The position numbers were made by a program, and so were the translations under genes. A DNA stretch of 49,320 nucleotides from a virus. The DNA is taken from the IMG/VR virus record IMGVR_UViG_3300021066_000003. One strand, 5' to 3'. Below the pieces are notes generated by a model that saw only the letters and a program-made list of their open reading frames with translations, searched no databases and was not told the DNA's origin. Below are positions 33,666-41,047 of the stretch, one piece after another. Each line of letters opens with the position of its first letter. Position 1 is the stretch's first letter.

Positions 33666-34040
33666 CTACGCCGCTCGACTCCCTTGCGCGCCGACGATTG
33701 CTTTTGCGACGAGGAGCGCCTGCTCTTCTTGCCTGATCTGGCGAAAGCGCTCGATCGTCATGGAAACGGCCCGATTCCCGCACACCCACTCGAACGAGTT
33801 GATCTTGTGCGGCGGGAGATGCTTCTTCCCGTTCAGGATGTTCGATAGATGCGGCGCCGGGATGCCCATGTAGCTCGCCGCGGTGCGCTGGTCCATGCCT
33901 TTCACGCGGCGATGCAACCACGCCCACTTCACTGCGAATTTCGTAGCTGGTTCCTCGTCGTCACCGAAGGAGCGCAGCACGTCGTCCCTTATCGGATCAG
34001 GGACACGTAAAAGCCCGATCAACGGCAGTTCTGACGCCAC
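33666..34040 (-). CDS. HTH DNA-binding protein (124 aa), CII-like position
   Basis: GTG start. HTH segment ...MDQRTAASYMGIPAPHLSNILNGKKHLP... It is the first gene after the terminator that follows the Cro-like gene. Confidence 0.55.
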   Translation of the reverse strand: MASELPLIGLLRVPDPIRDDVLRSFGDDEEPATKFAVKWAWLHRRVKGMDQRTAASYMGIPAPHLSNILNGKKHLPPHKINSFEWVCGNRAVSMTIERFRQIRQEEQALLVAKAIVGAQGSRAA

Positions 34041-34093
34041 GATTACAGGTCGCTTTGTCGATTACGGGTCGACGTACACGTCGGCGCGTAGGT

Positions 34094-34122
34094 AAAAAAA
34101 GACCCCGGGATGAGCTCCGGGG
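34094..34122 (-). terminator. Intrinsic terminator (minus strand): CCCCGG-agctcatc-CCGGGG followed by TCTTTTTTT
   Basis: On the plus strand it reads aaaaaaa-ga-ccccgg-gatgagct-ccgggg. It is a canonical stem-loop plus a 7-U tract between the Cro-like gene and the replication genes. Confidence 0.7.
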
Positions 34123-34179
34123 CCAGGGGGGAGAGAGCGAGGCTAAGGGAGGGAGCCCCACTCTCAGGGGAAGACGGTG

Positions 34180-34395
34180 TCATGCAGCCTGGAGATGCAG
34201 CGGTCGCTTCTTCGCCGGTAGATCCATCCAGTTCGCCTTGAGAACGCCGGCCGAATCGTGCTCGAAAAACTCTTGCTTATCGAAAGGGATCCAGCCTTGC
34301 TTCACCCACAACCCGACCGCCGTCTCGCTGACTTGGGCTTTCGCCGCGACGTCGGGCCTGCTGCCGTAGTGCCGAATCAGTTGCTCAGGAGTCAT
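34180..34395 (-). CDS. Cro/YdaS-like HTH regulator (71 aa)
   Basis: MTPEQLIRHYGSRPDVAAKAQVSETAVGLWVKQGWIPFDKQEFFEHDSAGVLKA... The start at 34395 keeps the operators (34408-41) upstream. Earlier in-frame starts would overlap them. Confidence 0.6.
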   Translation of the reverse strand: MTPEQLIRHYGSRPDVAAKAQVSETAVGLWVKQGWIPFDKQEFFEHDSAGVLKANWMDLPAKKRPLHLQAA

Positions 34396-34407
34396 GAGGC
34401 AGCACTT

Positions 34408-34441
34408 AAGCATACTTCCGGGCATTCCGTCAAGCATGCTT
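34408..34441. promoter_or_regulatory. Genetic-switch operators: AAGCATACTT (34408-17) and the palindromic variant AAGCATGCTT (34432-41), between divergent regulator genes
   Basis: The same 10-mer family occurs at 27060/27089 and 35284/35308. The centre-to-centre spacing of 24 bp matches the 35284/35308 pair. Confidence 0.55.
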
Positions 34442-34470
34442 CAGCCCAAGGAAAAGATTACTTTAGGCGC

Positions 34471-34782
34471 ATGGGGGAAGACTCGAAGCTGGGGGGGCGG
34501 CTGAAGGATCGCCGCTTGGAGTTGGGGTACACGCTCAAGGACGTCGCCACCGCGGCCGGGGTGAGCGAGTCCGCCCTGTCGCAGGTCGAGCGCGGCAAGT
34601 CGAAGAACCTGAAGATCGCCAACTTCTTCGCGATTTGCGACTTCCTGCGCTGCAACCCCAGGTGGCTCGGGCTCGGACAGGGAGATAAGGACGGACGGGG
34701 CACTGGCACTGCGGCGGTGTTCAGGCGTTCGGTAAAAAATACAAAGCTCTATGAATCAAAGAAGAAGCGGCGAGGTGGATGA
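34471..34782 (+). CDS. XRE-family HTH repressor candidate (103 aa)
   Basis: LGGRLKDRRLELGYTLKDVATAAGVSESALSQVERGKSKN is a classic XRE/Cro-CI HTH. It is divergent from the Cro-like gene. Confidence 0.7.
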   Translation: MGEDSKLGGRLKDRRLELGYTLKDVATAAGVSESALSQVERGKSKNLKIANFFAICDFLRCNPRWLGLGQGDKDGRGTGTAAVFRRSVKNTKLYESKKKRRGG

Positions 34783-34805
34783 AATGAGAAATACTTGGCG
34801 TGTAG

Positions 34806-34835
34806 TTGAAATAGCTACCGCGTGGTCGTTACTAT
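34806..34835 (+). promoter_or_regulatory. Sigma70-like promoter TTGAAA-18 nt-TACTAT, placing the transcription start at or near the ATG of 34842 (possible leaderless mRNA)
   Basis: The hexamers are at 34806-11 and 34830-35. Only 6 nt separate the -10 hexamer from the ATG, and there is no SD. Confidence 0.3.
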
Positions 34836-34841
34836 CGCTAC

Positions 34842-35063
34842 ATGGGAGCGGTGATAGCGCTGGTGGTGCCGGACAAGAAGGACCGGGAAACCATCCAAGT
34901 GCTGCGCGAGTTGCTAGCGGACGCCGAAGCTGGCCGCTTATCTGGCGTCGCGCTGGTCGCGACCTATCACGGTCAGGAGTACGCCGGCTTTCTGACCGGC
35001 TACGCGAAGGAACGCCCGATCCTCACCCGCGGCATGCTGGACGAGCTCAAGGACGAGCTCTAG
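34842..35063 (+). CDS. Hypothetical protein (73 aa)
   Basis: Track ORF. MGAVIALVVPDKKDRETIQVLRELLADAEAGRLSGVALVATYHGQEYAGFLTGYAKERPILTRGMLDELKDEL is clearly more protein-like than the overlapping frame. Confidence 0.6.
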   Translation: MGAVIALVVPDKKDRETIQVLRELLADAEAGRLSGVALVATYHGQEYAGFLTGYAKERPILTRGMLDELKDEL

Positions 35064-35254
35064 TTGCCGCCATCGCCTGCGTAGCGCTCGCAGGCTGCGC
35101 ATCCGTCCGTGAGGGATGGTCCAAGCCAGGCGCCACCGACCAGGACGTGCAGGCGGCCCTCTACGCTTGCGAGAAGGACGCTTTGCTCGTCGACGCCGGC
35201 CGCGGGTTCTTCCGCCGCTGCATGCAGTCCAAGGGATTCTCGAAGGCCGACTGA
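35057..35254 (+). CDS. Lipoprotein-like reading frame without a recognisable start codon (about 65 codons)
   Basis: ALVAAIACVALAGCASVREGWSKPGATDQDVQAALYACEKDALLVDAGRGFFRRCMQSKGFSKAD has a lipobox (LAGC) and a conserved-looking Cys pattern. No ATG/GTG/TTG lies in frame for more than 30 codons upstream. The frame is -1 relative to the preceding gene. Confidence 0.3.
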   Translation, partial: ALVAAIACVALAGCASVREGWSKPGATDQDVQAALYACEKDALLVDAGRGFFRRCMQSKGFSKAD

Positions 35255-35317
35255 AGTATGTTTCACGTGGAGCAATCTCGCTGAAGCATACTTGACGACC
35301 TGAATAGAAGTATGCTT
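35254..35317. promoter_or_regulatory. Third operator cluster: AAGTATGtTT (35254-63), AAGCATACTT (35284-93, with TTGACG at 35292-97) and AAGTATGCTT (35308-17), heading the long rightward early operon
   Basis: An AT-rich gap directly upstream of the GGGAGGGAG RBS and ATG 35353. Confidence 0.55.
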
Positions 35318-35352
35318 AACTGCGCTCCAGACATCCCCACGGGAGGGAGCGC

Positions 35353-35610
35353 ATGGACGCCGCAGCCGATTTTCTCCGAGAGAAAAATGGGTCGCTGACC
35401 GAGCGGTCCACCTTCACCATCACGCAGCTTGACGTCGGCAGCCGCGCGGTTCGGCCTGGCGTCGCCGAGCAGTTGGAGCAGGAGCGCAACGCCCTGCTTG
35501 TCGCTGGCAAAGCCGCCCTCGCCAAGATCCGCGAAAGCGACATCCGCATCGGCGCGGCGCATGAATTCGCCCTAGAGGCCGCGGTGCGAATGGCTGAAGC
35601 CAGCCGATGA
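35353..35610 (+). CDS. Hypothetical protein (85 aa)
   Basis: Strong SD GGGAGGGAG. Track ORF. Confidence 0.6.
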   Translation: MDAAADFLREKNGSLTERSTFTITQLDVGSRAVRPGVAEQLEQERNALLVAGKAALAKIRESDIRIGAAHEFALEAAVRMAEASR

Positions 35611-35948
35611 GCGCCATCCTGCCAGGGCGTGCTCTCGATACCCCGGGCGAGGCCTACCGCACCGGGTTCCGCGACGGCGCTACCGCGGCACTAGCCGCAT
35701 GCGTGTTCATCGCCGTCATCGCCATGCTCGCCGGCTGCGACGACGCCGACCGAATGCGCCAGATCGCTCAGGCCGAGCAAAACGCCCGCGTGGCCGAAGC
35801 CTGTAAGCCAGCCCACGACGAGCGCCGGGTTGTTGAGTGGGCGGTGATCGAGGGCGAAGTGGTCCTTACCGTCACCGTGCAGCGCTACACCGGGCGCAAG
35901 AACAACACCCTGCAGTACGTAATCCTTTCCGAAACGGAGATCCGATGA
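35607..35948 (+). CDS. Membrane/lipoprotein-like protein (113 aa)
   Basis: ATGA overlap. A hydrophobic segment ends in a lipobox (AALAACVFIAVIAMLAGCDD). Confidence 0.55.
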   Translation: MSAILPGRALDTPGEAYRTGFRDGATAALAACVFIAVIAMLAGCDDADRMRQIAQAEQNARVAEACKPAHDERRVVEWAVIEGEVVLTVTVQRYTGRKNNTLQYVILSETEIR

Positions 35949-36823
35949 ACGAAGTCGCAGTGTTTGAGAGCCGAGCCCCGACGCTCACCGCGGCGCAGGT
36001 AAGGGGGCAAGTCCAGCTTGTGCAGCAGGTCATGGAAGCCGTGATGAAGGACGGCGTGCACTACGGGACCATCCCGGGCACCGACAAGCCATCGCTGCTG
36101 AAGGCGGGTGCCGAAGTGCTGATGACCACCTTCCGCATCGCGGTCGACCCGCAGATCGAAGACCTTTCCAGCCAGGACGAGATTCGCTACCGGGTTCGCT
36201 GCGTCGGCACGCACCAAACCTCCGGCGTAGTCATGGGTGCCGGCATCGGGGAATGCTCCTCGAACGAGGAAAAGTACAAGTGGAAGCGCTCGAACGACCG
36301 TGAGTTCGAGCGTGCCCCGGAGGACCGCCGACGCATCAAGTACGGCTGGGACAAGCAGAAGCGGCAGGAGTACGAGGTGAAGCAAGTCCGCACCGAGCCG
36401 GCCGACGTGGCGAACACGGTGCTCAAGATGGCGAAGAAGCGGGCGCTGGTCGACTTCACCCTGACCGCCCTAGCCGCCTCGGACTGCTTCAACCAAGACC
36501 TCGAAGACATGGACGAGGACATCCGGGATTCCGGGCACGAAGAGCAGAAGCGGCAGGTTCGCCAACCCAAGCCGCGGGCGCAGGCAGAGCCTTCGGCCGA
36601 ACGTCCGAAAGCCGAGCAGCAGCAGATCGACCCGAATAAGAAGATCGCGGCCGGCCAGGTCAAGGTCATCCAGAAGGCGATCGAGCGCACGGAAGGAAAA
36701 GTTGCCTCCGAGACTTTCTGCCAGCAGTTCGGCATCGAGTCCATCCCCGACCTGCCGTTCGTGAAGGTCAACGATGCTCTGAAGTGGATTTCCGACCAGG
36801 CTGATGAGGGCAGCGCGTCGTGA
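35945..36823 (+). CDS. Putative ssDNA-annealing / recombination protein (292 aa), family not identified
   Basis: ATGA overlap at 35945. ...GTDKPSLLKAGAEVLMTTF... and ...ANTVLKMAKKRALVDFTL... It is paired with, and overlaps, a PD-(D/E)XK exonuclease gene. Confidence 0.4.
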   Translation: MNEVAVFESRAPTLTAAQVRGQVQLVQQVMEAVMKDGVHYGTIPGTDKPSLLKAGAEVLMTTFRIAVDPQIEDLSSQDEIRYRVRCVGTHQTSGVVMGAGIGECSSNEEKYKWKRSNDREFERAPEDRRRIKYGWDKQKRQEYEVKQVRTEPADVANTVLKMAKKRALVDFTLTALAASDCFNQDLEDMDEDIRDSGHEEQKRQVRQPKPRAQAEPSAERPKAEQQQIDPNKKIAAGQVKVIQKAIERTEGKVASETFCQQFGIESIPDLPFVKVNDALKWISDQADEGSAS

Positions 36824-37503
36824 TGGCGTGCTACGTCCACCCAGACGAAGTGCCCTATGGCCCGGGGAACAGCGACTATGAGTACGAGCAGCGCAGGGAC
36901 GACATGGAAGGCGTGACGTTCGACGCGGATCGGCACGAGTACCGTATCGACGGCGCCCGGGTTCCCTCCGTGACCGAGATCATCAAGCCGGTGCAGCGCG
37001 AGCTCGGCGGGTCGGAGGAGGTCCGGGACTACAAGCGCCAGATCGGCAAGGCGCTCGACTCGGCAATCATGATCCTGGAGCGCGGAGAGGAAATCGACGA
37101 GGACTCGCTCGACCCAGCGCTCGTGCCGTTCCTGCAAGCGTGGCTGAAGTTCAAGCGGGAGACCGGGTTTCGGGTCCTCATCAACCAGCAGATCGTCTAC
37201 AGCCGCAAGCTGCGCTTCGCCGGCACCCCGGACATGATGGGCACGCGCTCGGAAGGTCCGACCCCCGACGAGCTCGTCGACACGAAATGCGTTTGGGCGA
37301 TCGACCCAGCGACAGCGATTCAAACCGCGGGGTACGCAATAGCCGCTCAGGAATCGCTTGGCTTGCAGATCAAGCGGCGCGGCGGTCTTCAACTACTTCG
37401 CGACGGTTCGTACCGCTTTCATCCGTATCGCGACGAGATGGATTTGCATGTCTTCCGTGCATGCCTCTCTATAGCAGCGTGGAGGCGCAACAATGGAAAC
37501 TAG
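36820..37503 (+). CDS. PD-(D/E)XK (Cas4/RecB-like) exonuclease (227 aa)
   Basis: ...HEYRIDGARVPSVTEIIKP... and FAGTPDMMG...ELVDTKC (D...E-x-K arrangement). Confidence 0.65.
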   Translation: MMACYVHPDEVPYGPGNSDYEYEQRRDDMEGVTFDADRHEYRIDGARVPSVTEIIKPVQRELGGSEEVRDYKRQIGKALDSAIMILERGEEIDEDSLDPALVPFLQAWLKFKRETGFRVLINQQIVYSRKLRFAGTPDMMGTRSEGPTPDELVDTKCVWAIDPATAIQTAGYAIAAQESLGLQIKRRGGLQLLRDGSYRFHPYRDEMDLHVFRACLSIAAWRRNNGN

Positions 37504-37648
37504 TCTGAAGCTCACCGCCGACGAAGTGAAGGAAATACGTTTCAAGGTAGCGGCTGGCGCAGTGCAGCGTGCGGTCGCTAAGGAGTACAAGGTCAATTTC
37601 CGAACGATCAACGCGATCGTCAAAGGGCTCAACTGGAGACACGTATGA
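37493..37648 (+). CDS. Small HTH protein (51 aa), not in the ORF track
   Basis: METSLKLTADEVKEIRFKVAAGAVQRAVAKEYKVNFRTINAIVKGLNWRHV. It overlaps both neighbours. Confidence 0.5.
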   Translation: METSLKLTADEVKEIRFKVAAGAVQRAVAKEYKVNFRTINAIVKGLNWRHV

Positions 37649-38322
37649 GCGCAGTGATGGTCGAAACCGCCGAGCTCCAGCGCGAGTCCGCCAGCACGCT
37701 CACGGTCGCCAAGGAGTTCAGGGTGACAACCACGGCGCAGTACGAAGAGGCCGGCGTGAAGCTCAAGGGCATCATGGCCCTCAAGAAAAAGGTCGCCGAG
37801 ACGTTCGACCCCCACATCAAGCGGGCCTTCGACGCGCACCGATCCCTCGTCGCCGAGAAGAAAACCCACGAGGCGCCGCTCGAAGAAGCCGAGCGCATGC
37901 TCAAGAAGCACATGCTTGCGTTCCAGCTTGCCGAGGAGGCGAAGCGCCGGGAGGCCGAGGCCAAGGCACAGGAAGAGGCCCGCAAGGCGCAGGAGAAGCT
38001 GGAAGCCCGGGCTGCCAAAGCCGCCGAGAAGGGCCAGGTCGAGAAAGCCGCCGCCCTGCAGGCCACTGCGGCTGCAGTCGTCTCGCCGATCATTCCGACG
38101 ACGACTCCGAAACTGGCCGGCGTGAGCACTCGGGTCACGTGGAGGGCCGAGGTCACGAACCTCATGGAGCTCGTCAAGGCCGTCGCCGCGGGATCCGTGC
38201 CGCTCAATGCCCTGCAGGCGGATACGGCCTTCCTGAACAACCAGGCGCGGGCGATGAAGGACACGCTCGCCTACCCGGGCGTCAAGGCGGTGCAGGACGT
38301 CGGGATCGCCGCGAGGTCGTGA
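37645..38322 (+). CDS. Hypothetical coiled-coil protein (225 aa)
   Basis: Track ORF with a central EAKRREAEAKAQEEARKAQEKLEARAAKAAEK helix. Confidence 0.65.
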   Translation: MSAVMVETAELQRESASTLTVAKEFRVTTTAQYEEAGVKLKGIMALKKKVAETFDPHIKRAFDAHRSLVAEKKTHEAPLEEAERMLKKHMLAFQLAEEAKRREAEAKAQEEARKAQEKLEARAAKAAEKGQVEKAAALQATAAAVVSPIIPTTTPKLAGVSTRVTWRAEVTNLMELVKAVAAGSVPLNALQADTAFLNNQARAMKDTLAYPGVKAVQDVGIAARS

Positions 38323-38480
38323 TGGCAGCGAGCACGGATGGGGCGAAGAAGCCCATGAGCGAGCGGGAACGCACGCGCAAGCAGGTTCGCGCCCTACGGA
38401 AGAAGCGCAACGAATCGGGGATCGCGATGTTTAAGAAGCTCGGCCTGAAGGCCGGCACCGGGAAGGTTAACGGCTCGTGA
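38322..38480 (+). CDS. Small basic protein (52 aa), not in the track as such
   Basis: TGATG overlap. Sequence is MAASTDGAKKPMSERERTRKQVRALRKKRNESGIAMFKKLGLKAGTGKVNGS. Confidence 0.45.
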   Translation: MAASTDGAKKPMSERERTRKQVRALRKKRNESGIAMFKKLGLKAGTGKVNGS

Positions 38481-38575
38481 GCGACCTACTGATTCAGGCC
38501 ATTGCAGGCTTCGGAGGGATCGCCTTGGGCGTCCTACTGCTGCTCGCGTACTACAAATGGAAGGGCCTGCTATGA
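38477..38575 (+). CDS. Single-TM mini-protein (32 aa)
   Basis: GTGA overlap. Sequence is VSDLLIQAIAGFGGIALGVLLLLAYYKWKGLL. Confidence 0.35.
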   Translation: MSDLLIQAIAGFGGIALGVLLLLAYYKWKGLL

Positions 38576-38766
38576 GCGCCACAGAACACGACAGAACGAA
38601 GGAGGAGAAGTTCGCAGACAGGCTTGATTGCGAGCTTTATCGCCTCGTGTGCCGCGCCGCAAATCAGAAGGAAAAGCACTGGAAGCAGGTGGCGGTACTG
38701 CTGGCCGAAGTTCGGCCTTACATCCGAGCCCGCATGCACAAGAAGGACAGGGAACAAACGGTATGA
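38572..38766 (+). CDS. Hypothetical protein (64 aa)
   Basis: ATGA overlap. Sequence is MSATEHDRTKEEKFADRLDCELYRLVCRAANQKEKHWKQ... Confidence 0.5.
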   Translation: MSATEHDRTKEEKFADRLDCELYRLVCRAANQKEKHWKQVAVLLAEVRPYIRARMHKKDREQTV

Positions 38767-38903
38767 GCGCCACCGATACGAAGGGGACGAAGCCTGAAGC
38801 GTGGTACTCGGTCGCGGCAAAGCTGCTCTGGAGCATGTTTCGGCGAACCGACATGAGCAAGGTCAAGTGCGGCGGGCTTCACGGAATCCAGAAAGGGCAC
38901 TGA
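38763..38903 (+). CDS. Hypothetical mini-protein (46 aa)
   Basis: ATGA overlap. Sequence is MSATDTKGTKPEAWYSVAAKLLWSMFRRTDMSKVKCGGLHGIQKGH. Confidence 0.4.
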   Translation: MSATDTKGTKPEAWYSVAAKLLWSMFRRTDMSKVKCGGLHGIQKGH

Positions 38904-39331
38904 TGGGCTCGAACGGAAACACGGCGACGCATGACTCGTACCTCTACGACAACCCGCACAGCATGCAGCGCGAGTTGTGGGTGGATGGCCGAATGGTCGC
39001 TTTCATGTCTGCTCTCTTACTCGTCGGGGACGCCTACCGTGCCAGCAAAGACATTCCCTTCATGCTTAAAGGCGTCGGCCCGTGGAACGAGGGACACCGT
39101 TGGGGAGGGTCGCCAGTGGACAAATCTTTGACGCCATCACAGAAGGCCGTCCTAGCCGAGCTAATGGCCTTCCAGACGTTCTCTCGGATCGAGATTTCCA
39201 CCGGCACCGGTCTTCAGGGTGCCGCGCTGGACAAGGTGTTCCAGGCCCTTGAGCGCCGGAACTTCATCTGCAAGACGGATGAAGGCGGCTACAGGCTGAC
39301 CCCCTTTGGCTACAAGGCGGTGATGGGATGA
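38903..39331 (+). CDS. Protein with a C-terminal winged-helix (MarR-like) domain (142 aa)
   Basis: TGATG overlap. ...LTPSQKAVLAELMAFQTFSRIEISTGTGLQGAALDKVFQALERRNFICKTDEGGYRLTPFGYKA. Confidence 0.55.
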   Translation: MGSNGNTATHDSYLYDNPHSMQRELWVDGRMVAFMSALLLVGDAYRASKDIPFMLKGVGPWNEGHRWGGSPVDKSLTPSQKAVLAELMAFQTFSRIEISTGTGLQGAALDKVFQALERRNFICKTDEGGYRLTPFGYKAVMG

Positions 39332-39438
39332 GAGCGCTCTGTCGAATCGGCTTGCACCGCTACGGAAGCTACTGGCGTTGGCACGGCTTGGTTTGCCGTC
39401 AGTGCGCACGTTGCCAAGGCGTGAGGGTGACGCTGTGA
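39328..39438 (+). CDS. Cys/His-rich mini-protein (36 aa)
   Basis: ATGA overlap. Sequence is MRALCRIGLHRYGSYWRWHGLVCRQCARCQGVRVTL. Confidence 0.35.
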   Translation: MRALCRIGLHRYGSYWRWHGLVCRQCARCQGVRVTL

Positions 39439-39623
39439 GCCCTTACGTGCTGGTAATCGCCATGACTATGAGCAGCTACGACGGCGGCGTTGCCATTCGG
39501 CACATCCCCTTTGCAACAGCCACGGCCTGCGAGAAAGCCGCTCAGTTTTGGGACGGGAAAATGATGTGGAACGGCAGAACAAAGGCGCAAGCCAAGTGCC
39601 ACGAAACGGGGGCGAAGTCATGA
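39435..39623 (+). CDS. Hypothetical protein (62 aa)
   Basis: GTGA overlap. Sequence is VSPYVLVIAMTMSSYDGGVAIRHIPFATATACEKAAQFWDGKMMWNG... Confidence 0.45.
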   Translation: MSPYVLVIAMTMSSYDGGVAIRHIPFATATACEKAAQFWDGKMMWNGRTKAQAKCHETGAKS

Positions 39624-40249
39624 GCGCTCCCCACAGCTACGAAGGCGCTAAGACGCCGCGCACCGATGCCCTGCAAGAGAAGTGGGCGGCCCTGCCCGGA
39701 GTGGAGGGCGGCGGCATGGACGGCGACGAGTTGGAGGAGGCATACGAACACGCCCGCCAGCTTGAGCGCGAGCTTGCCGAGGCGAACCACTGGCGCGAGC
39801 GGTGGAGCAAGGAGCAGGAAGCCGCCGCGCAGAAGTGCAGCGAATGGTGGACGGCTGCGCGCCCGTACTCCACGCCGACCGCCCTGCGCGAGGCTCTTGA
39901 TTCGCTAAGACCGGAGCGCGGCAACAGCTACCGGGACGAGTTGCAGCGCATCATCGACCTGTCCAACAAGTGCCTTGATGCGTGGGCTGGCGGCATCGGG
40001 AACGCCGAGCTTGACGACGTGACTGAGATGGGGCGCATCGCGATCCGGCTGCGCGATGGTCACAGACCGGAGTCGAGCCGTTCTGACCTGCTGGCGACGG
40101 TCTGCAAGAACTTCCTAGCCTACCGGGCGCGCAACACGTCGAACTTCCAGCTTGAGAAGGCCGACGACTACTTCCGCGAGATGCGTGTAGCCCTCGACCT
40201 GATGGAAGTGCGTCAGCGCCTCGATGCCACAAACGGGAGTTCTTCTTGA
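39620..40249 (+). CDS. Hypothetical protein (209 aa)
   Basis: ATGA overlap at 39620. The sequence is helical and protein-like. Confidence 0.6.
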   Translation: MSAPHSYEGAKTPRTDALQEKWAALPGVEGGGMDGDELEEAYEHARQLERELAEANHWRERWSKEQEAAAQKCSEWWTAARPYSTPTALREALDSLRPERGNSYRDELQRIIDLSNKCLDAWAGGIGNAELDDVTEMGRIAIRLRDGHRPESSRSDLLATVCKNFLAYRARNTSNFQLEKADDYFREMRVALDLMEVRQRLDATNGSSS

Positions 40250-40443
40250 ACGCCCCCGAAGGCATGGTGGTCGTGTCCAAGGAGGAGTTCTACGCATTCA
40301 TGGGGCCGCAGAACGTACACCCAAGGGCTGAGCCGGATTGCTCCATGTGGGAAACCCCGAGCCGCCAGCTTCTAGGCATCAGCCGCCCCGGTTACAAGTG
40401 CGAGGGCGAGGAGGTCTACATGCTGACCCGGAGAGCCGCGTGA
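40246..40443 (+). CDS. Hypothetical protein (65 aa; alternative ATG at 40264)
   Basis: TTGA overlap with the upstream stop. ...VVVSKEEFYAFMGPQNVHPRAEPDCSMWETPS... Confidence 0.5.
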   Translation: MNAPEGMVVVSKEEFYAFMGPQNVHPRAEPDCSMWETPSRQLLGISRPGYKCEGEEVYMLTRRAA

Positions 40444-40712
40444 CCGTCCTTTCGGTCCGCACGATCCGCCGCCTGGACGAACGCTCGGAGAGCCGCGAGG
40501 TCAACGGCATCCGCATCGACAAGGGCATCCCGATCCCGCCCTCCAAGGATCGCGTAGGACGCATTCAGGCGGTTCTGGAAGCCCTGGAGGTGGGGGAGTC
40601 GTTCGAGCATACGGCGCGCTTCTACCGCCGCAAGAACCCCAAGACCGCAGGCCGGAGCTACACCCAGCGCCAGCTCGGCCCGAAGAAGTGGCGCATCTGG
40701 AGAACGAAATGA
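40440..40712 (+). CDS. Hypothetical basic protein (90 aa)
   Basis: GTGA overlap. ...IDKGIPIPPSKDRVGRIQAVLEALEVGESFEH... Confidence 0.5.
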   Translation: MTVLSVRTIRRLDERSESREVNGIRIDKGIPIPPSKDRVGRIQAVLEALEVGESFEHTARFYRRKNPKTAGRSYTQRQLGPKKWRIWRTK

Positions 40713-41047
40713 GCGACCAAAACGCTTCGTCGCAATTATCGCGCAACGGCGACGAGTACCAATCCCCCGAGGAGGCGCGGGCAGACATGGCCGACTGGCT
40801 GGAGAAGCACGCCGACAAGTGCGACCGCGATGGTCACAAAGCAATCCCGATCCCGGCGAACTACCGACTCGCCGCGAGACTGCTGCGCGAGGCGACCGCC
40901 AGATCAACGCTGTCGGAGACGAAGCCAACCTTGCCGAACGGTTGTTACTGCGAGCCGGGTAAGTGCATGGCACCGAAACCGGCGTGGTGCAGGGACGCTC
41001 AGAAGCGCGAGTCTCAATGCGACGCCTACTTCAAGAGGCAAGAATGA
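40709..41047 (+). CDS. Hypothetical protein (112 aa)
   Basis: ATGA overlap. Sequence is MSDQNASSQLSRNGDEYQSPEEARADMADWLEKHADKCDRDGH... Confidence 0.55.
   Translation: MSDQNASSQLSRNGDEYQSPEEARADMADWLEKHADKCDRDGHKAIPIPANYRLAARLLREATARSTLSETKPTLPNGCYCEPGKCMAPKPAWCRDAQKRESQCDAYFKRQE

Noticed and set aside
34751-35254. 167-aa plus-strand ORF as a single gene
   Set aside because: The first ~100 codons are an implausible Arg/Gly/Ser-rich frame overlapping the much better 73-aa gene. Only the C-terminal lipoprotein-like part looks real, and it is reported separately as an anomaly.
36187-37392. 401-aa minus-strand ORF across the recombination genes
   Set aside because: It is antisense to two well-supported plus-strand genes (annealing-protein candidate and PD-(D/E)XK exonuclease). 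It has no RBS and a shadow composition.
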